Positions 60,348 through 64,000 of a DNA stretch of 64,000 bases are shown here, piece by piece; position 1 is the first letter of the stretch, and every line of letters starts with the position of its first letter. The stretch is taken from contig JAEOTM010000204.1 in assembly GCA_016839815.1 (NCBI GenBank), positions 49,640 to 113,639 of the forward strand. Reading direction: 5' to 3'. The position numbers were made by a program, and so were the translations under genes. The notes under the pieces are model-generated. The model did not search any database. It was not told where the DNA came from and was given only the letters and a program-made list of their open reading frames with translations. Source of the stretch: Candidatus Hodarchaeota archaeon (GTDB lineage Archaea; Asgardarchaeota; Heimdallarchaeia; Hodarchaeales; Hodarchaeaceae).

Positions 60348-60540
60348 CTGCTTAAAGCCCAGTTTTCTTCAAAGAATCAGTTGAAAATTGTAATAGATAG
60401 GCCTAACTTTCACTGAACCATATAAGGATTTTCCTTTTGACTAAGACTGGTTGAAAATGCTTACTCTATTTGTGATAAGATGAAATAACCATCAAACAGA
60501 AGAGTCGAAAGTTCATTTAGATGAATTTCAAGCTCATTAA

Positions 60541-60596
60541 CACACGCTATTAGACTCCTGAAGGATTTTTATTCAAGAAAACGAGAGGATGACCAT
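60541..60596 (+). repeat. Structured intergenic repeat, copy 12 (right-truncated)
   Basis: CACACGCTATTAGACTCCTGAAGGA...GAAAACGAGAGGATGACC. Confidence 0.88.
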
Positions 60597-60605
60597 TAGT
60601 TTACT

Positions 60606-61301
60606 TCAAACCAAGAAGTGTCTGATCCATAATCGTTCCACTTCCTCTCTCGAGCGTGTGTCTTGATTAATCCAGATATGCTCGATACGGAGTTGGTAAT
60701 GTTCAAAACGGATGTCTAAAATATCCCCATTCCTAAAAATCGAACTAGAAATCCTTGACTCCTTAATAGGGGGCTCTATTGGTTCCAAATCAGGCAAACC
60801 AATAACCTGTCGACTCAAAGACTCAAAAACCTCATGGATATACGGACCATTAGTGGAGGGGCATTCAAAATACCTACCATTTAATGTCTTAGCAAGCTCT
60901 TTTCCCTCCTCTGAAGAAACCAAATCAGAACCAAAGGTAATTCCGACAAGAGCAAGAGGAACTGCTGGTTGTACATACTTCCGAAATTCATTTAACCAAT
61001 TGGTAACTGCATGAAAAGATAAACGATCACCACGATTGAAAAAAATCGAAACAGCCGAAGCTCCGCGGTAATAACTAGGTCTTAATTTGCCAAAAAACTC
61101 TTGGCCCGCAGTATCCACTAATATCAATTTTACTTGGGTATCATCAACTTGAATTTTCTTGGTTGTGATGTCAACTCCAAGAGTTGGAAGATAGTTCGTA
61201 TCAAATTTATTTTCCGCAAACTTACGAATGAGAGCCGTTTTTCCAACCTTTCCTGATCCAACGGCACAAATTTTGAGTAAATATTCGTTGCTAGCGGACA
61301 T
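60606..61301 (-). CDS. Rab-like small GTPase, paralog of 3409..4062
   Basis: GSGKVGKT, YLPTLGVD, DTAGQE, SYYRGA; G4 replaced by GITF; unrelated C-terminal extension. Confidence 0.92.
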   Translation of the reverse strand: MSASNEYLLKICAVGSGKVGKTALIRKFAENKFDTNYLPTLGVDITTKKIQVDDTQVKLILVDTAGQEFFGKLRPSYYRGASAVSIFFNRGDRLSFHAVTNWLNEFRKYVQPAVPLALVGITFGSDLVSSEEGKELAKTLNGRYFECPSTNGPYIHEVFESLSRQVIGLPDLEPIEPPIKESRISSSIFRNGDILDIRFEHYQLRIEHIWINQDTRSREEVERLWIRHFLV

Positions 61302-61354
61302 ACTGAATTATCTCATATAAAATCTAATGCTTCCGACAAAATTCGATGTAAAAT

Positions 61355-61411
61355 CAATGGTTAACTAGAGGGATCGTTCATGATTAAGGAGTTAACTAGA
61401 GAAATTATTCG
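61355..61411 (-). promoter_or_regulatory. Conserved upstream element of Rab-like gene: two TTAACTAG boxes 31 bp apart
   Basis: TTAACTAG at 61361 and 61392; matches 4120-4176. Confidence 0.6.
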
Positions 61412-61615
61412 CTTAAACGAACCTCCTTACGTTTTTCTAAATAGAAAACTCATCTCTTAACGGGATAGCTTTCATGATAGATTCCAGTACTCGTTTGTCA
61501 ACTCATGATTATCGTCGTTAATATCATGACTAGAAGTCAATGAGAAAGCGGATTTGTCTTTTCAAGATCCTCCCTTGGAATATTTGGACAAAAATATTCC
61601 TTCTCTAAACTCGTT

Positions 61616-63541
61616 TCAAATAGCAGAACCGAGATGTTTTCGATATTGTCTCAGCTGCAAAAAAGAATAGTGAATGAAGTAATACAAAGTGAAAAATAAA
61701 AGATTTAGATAGAGGAACATACGAGGTTTGATCACAAGAAAGGTTCCATTAAGTAGATTATGGATTATAATAAAAATAAGAGTAATGAAAACCGCATATC
61801 TGTGAATAGTACGCAGGATTTTTCGATAAGATCCACCATCTAAGACCATAAGAAGACCAGAAAGTGTAAAAATCGTCCCAGAAATGAAACTAAGTGATGC
61901 AAGTAATTGTCCCACTTCATAACGGGTGGTAGGAAAAGCAAAAAATACGCTTGGAAAATCAATAACAGCGGATAAAAAAGTAGTCACATCTGAGAACTCC
62001 GAAAGAGATTTTACATGGCCATGCAAAACCATGTAATGAAATACACTCGATATTGCAAGGAGGGAGCCAAAAAAGTAATGAAACCAAAAAACTTGTTGTC
62101 TTAACCTTCGTTTCAATACAGGGAGGGTCAGATAAAAGCTAACATAAAATAAAACGAAAGAAAACAATCCAAGATAATGGGCAATTTCAGACATAGGGAT
62201 GAAGAGGAGAGTTTCTTGGTCAAAAAACTCGGGGATTAATCCAATCGGAAGTATATAAAAAGGAGTATGTGAGTCAGGAATCTCTAATAACTGAGTAACA
62301 TCCCCTTCACTAAACGCACCGATAACAACGGTTCCCAGAGAATGAGCAGCACATTTAAGATAGATGTTTTGGGCGATCATCCCGATTATCGACATCAATC
62401 TCCGATATGAAAGATCAGGATCAGATTGTTGATCCATCCATGTCATATTAGCAGATATAACTAGACTGAGTTGAGCAGATTCAACCCATGATTGATCTAA
62501 CGCTGTTTTTCTCAAGGAATTACGTGCATCTCCCTCGTGAAAGTGCTTAAGAGAATGATTAGTTAAGAAGTAAGAATACATGCCCATAGATAATCCGTTT
62601 ACTTCACCAACAACTAAACGAAGATCGATAATGGATGCATTTTCTGTAAGAAAAGCAATATCTATACTGTCGTTCAAGATATCAATAATAATCGAAAGGG
62701 GGATTAATCCACTAACATAGTCACGAGTGGATTTACGTTTTGCAATAGCTTGCTCTACAGTCATTTCTTCCGTAGTTATCACGGATTGAATGGCTGACTT
62801 CGAAAACCTCTCTAGATTACCCTGATCTTGACCAACAGGTAATATCATAAGAGGTTGTAATGATGTGTGAAGCAATGCTTTAACTTGTGATGTATTAAAA
62901 TCTGAAATTACCCAGGTGTTTAAATTCAAGGAGGAAAGTTGGAGAAGGAAATTCTGAAGAGCATGACCTACCTCTAAATGGACATACTGAATTCCTCTTG
63001 TACCATAGCGATCTGAAGTTCGATTAAAATCTGCAAAAATATAGAAAATATTTGTCATATTCGCAACAGCCTGATCCTCGGATAAAAGAGCAGGAAATAA
63101 TTGAGATTCGTTAATACTAGAAGAATGTAACTTTAACTCGTGTGCATCGGAATTATAACTGTAATATCCACGATTGAGAGGAGAATTTCCATTATGTTGT
63201 ATAAAAATCTTTAACGGATAAGTTGCACCTGCAGAAGGAACGGTTCGAAACCCTGGACCATGAGTGGTACCTTGTAACGCCCACAGGAGCTGAGATAGTT
63301 CTTCAACACTTAGATCATGAGGATATAAATCTGTAGTTATCTTTGATTGATGAATAGCAGTACTTAGGGGGAGATGACCAAGTAAATCAGGTTCAGGTAA
63401 AATGAAATTATCAGATTCGAAGGGAATGAATTCTATGGTGATCGCTAAGAGGGAGAAAACAAGAACAACTGCTGCAACTACTAATTTAAGCTGTGTAACA
63501 GTGGGAAAAATGGTTCTCATAATTGATAGCACCTTAATCAA
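61616..63541 (-). CDS. Tandem SagB/ThcOx-type nitroreductase domains fused to a His-rich membrane domain
   Basis: LSQLLWALQG...RTVPSAGATYPL...HLEVGHALQN; second copy RKSTRDY...IAQNIYL...GTVVIGAF; N-terminal TM; about 5 C-terminal TM helices with His. Confidence 0.85.
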   Translation of the reverse strand: MIKVLSIMRTIFPTVTQLKLVVAAVVLVFSLLAITIEFIPFESDNFILPEPDLLGHLPLSTAIHQSKITTDLYPHDLSVEELSQLLWALQGTTHGPGFRTVPSAGATYPLKIFIQHNGNSPLNRGYYSYNSDAHELKLHSSSINESQLFPALLSEDQAVANMTNIFYIFADFNRTSDRYGTRGIQYVHLEVGHALQNFLLQLSSLNLNTWVISDFNTSQVKALLHTSLQPLMILPVGQDQGNLERFSKSAIQSVITTEEMTVEQAIAKRKSTRDYVSGLIPLSIIIDILNDSIDIAFLTENASIIDLRLVVGEVNGLSMGMYSYFLTNHSLKHFHEGDARNSLRKTALDQSWVESAQLSLVISANMTWMDQQSDPDLSYRRLMSIIGMIAQNIYLKCAAHSLGTVVIGAFSEGDVTQLLEIPDSHTPFYILPIGLIPEFFDQETLLFIPMSEIAHYLGLFSFVLFYVSFYLTLPVLKRRLRQQVFWFHYFFGSLLAISSVFHYMVLHGHVKSLSEFSDVTTFLSAVIDFPSVFFAFPTTRYEVGQLLASLSFISGTIFTLSGLLMVLDGGSYRKILRTIHRYAVFITLIFIIIHNLLNGTFLVIKPRMFLYLNLLFFTLYYFIHYSFLQLRQYRKHLGSAI

Positions 63542-63589
63542 CGATGAGCAAACAAGAAAATAGTAGGAGACGAATTCTCTCCAATTTCC

Positions 63590-63739
63590 TCATTCAGATT
63601 CTTCTTGTTCCTTTTCCTTGGAAGTACGAGGGATTTTTTCTTTCATCTTGCGTTTGGTATCTTCAATCTGCTCTATAACTTCTTTATTAATATCTCCTTT
63701 TTTTGGTTTACGAATAAAAGGAGACCTTTTCCTAAACAT
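63590..63739 (-). CDS. Putative 49-aa charged protein (not in the ORF track)
   Basis: ATG 63739: MFRKRSPFIRKPKKGDINKEVIEQIEDTKRKMKEKIPRTSKEKEQEESE, TGA at 63590; co-oriented with the downstream gene. Confidence 0.4.
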   Translation of the reverse strand: MFRKRSPFIRKPKKGDINKEVIEQIEDTKRKMKEKIPRTSKEKEQEESE

Positions 63740-63849
63740 TCTCTATCTCAAATAAATCATTGTGAATTAATCCTTTTAAAGGTAACTTCGGATTTATATT
63801 CCTTATCGAGGTATTCTTCGGGCTAAATAATTCTCTCGAAAATCCTCTT

Positions 63850-64000
63850 AACGAAAGGACTGACCATTTCGACACGAATCTTCAAAAAAGCCCGTGTGCG
63901 ATTAGTGGCAGTGTTTAAAACACACTGAGCATGTCGGAAAACCTCCACGCGTATTTCTTCTAAGAAAACTCCTCTGCCAACCGGGTTTCTTTCAAGAAAC
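63850..64000 (+). repeat. Structured intergenic repeat, copy 13 (core plus right segment, runs off the window)
   Basis: AACGAAAGGACTGACCATTTCGACAC...GCCCGTGTGCGATTAGTGG...ACACACTGAGCATGT...CCTCCACGCGTATTTC...ACCGGG. Confidence 0.9.

Noticed and set aside
29217-64000. Repeat family as a CRISPR array
   Set aside because: Copies are hundreds to thousands of bp apart, variable in length and separated by genes; no cas genes are present.

Overview
AT-rich archaeal genomic window, almost certainly from an Asgard archaeon (probably Heimdallarchaeia/Hodarchaeales; inferred from seven Rab/Arf/Rag-like small GTPases, TPR proteins including a TPR-longin-like fusion, and many surface proteins with a C-terminal sorting signal). 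No rRNA, tRNA, CRISPR array, transposase or integrase was seen. The left part (1-29 kb) is ordinary accessory metabolism (GNATs, ABC permease, amidohydrolase, PhzF, kinase, Fe-S proteins) plus two unusual loci: a T6SS Hcp tube-family protein carrying a signal peptide and translationally coupled to a PGF-type surface protein, and a tandem-HTH regulator flanked by two micro-peptides. From 29.2 kb to the right edge the genes are divided into 1-4-gene blocks by about 13 copies of one non-coding repeat (invariant core AAACGAGAGGACTGACCCTTTCCAC, longest copy about 250 bp). All copies are on the + strand and keep the same multi-hairpin fold despite divergent sequence. The blocks carry three type II toxin-antitoxin pairs, duplicated Rab GTPases, duplicated membrane proteins and large surface proteins (one of 3524 aa). 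This resembles a cassette array built on a non-attC structured repeat and is the best candidate for an undescribed system. All calls are by eye from motifs; no database search or folding program was run.
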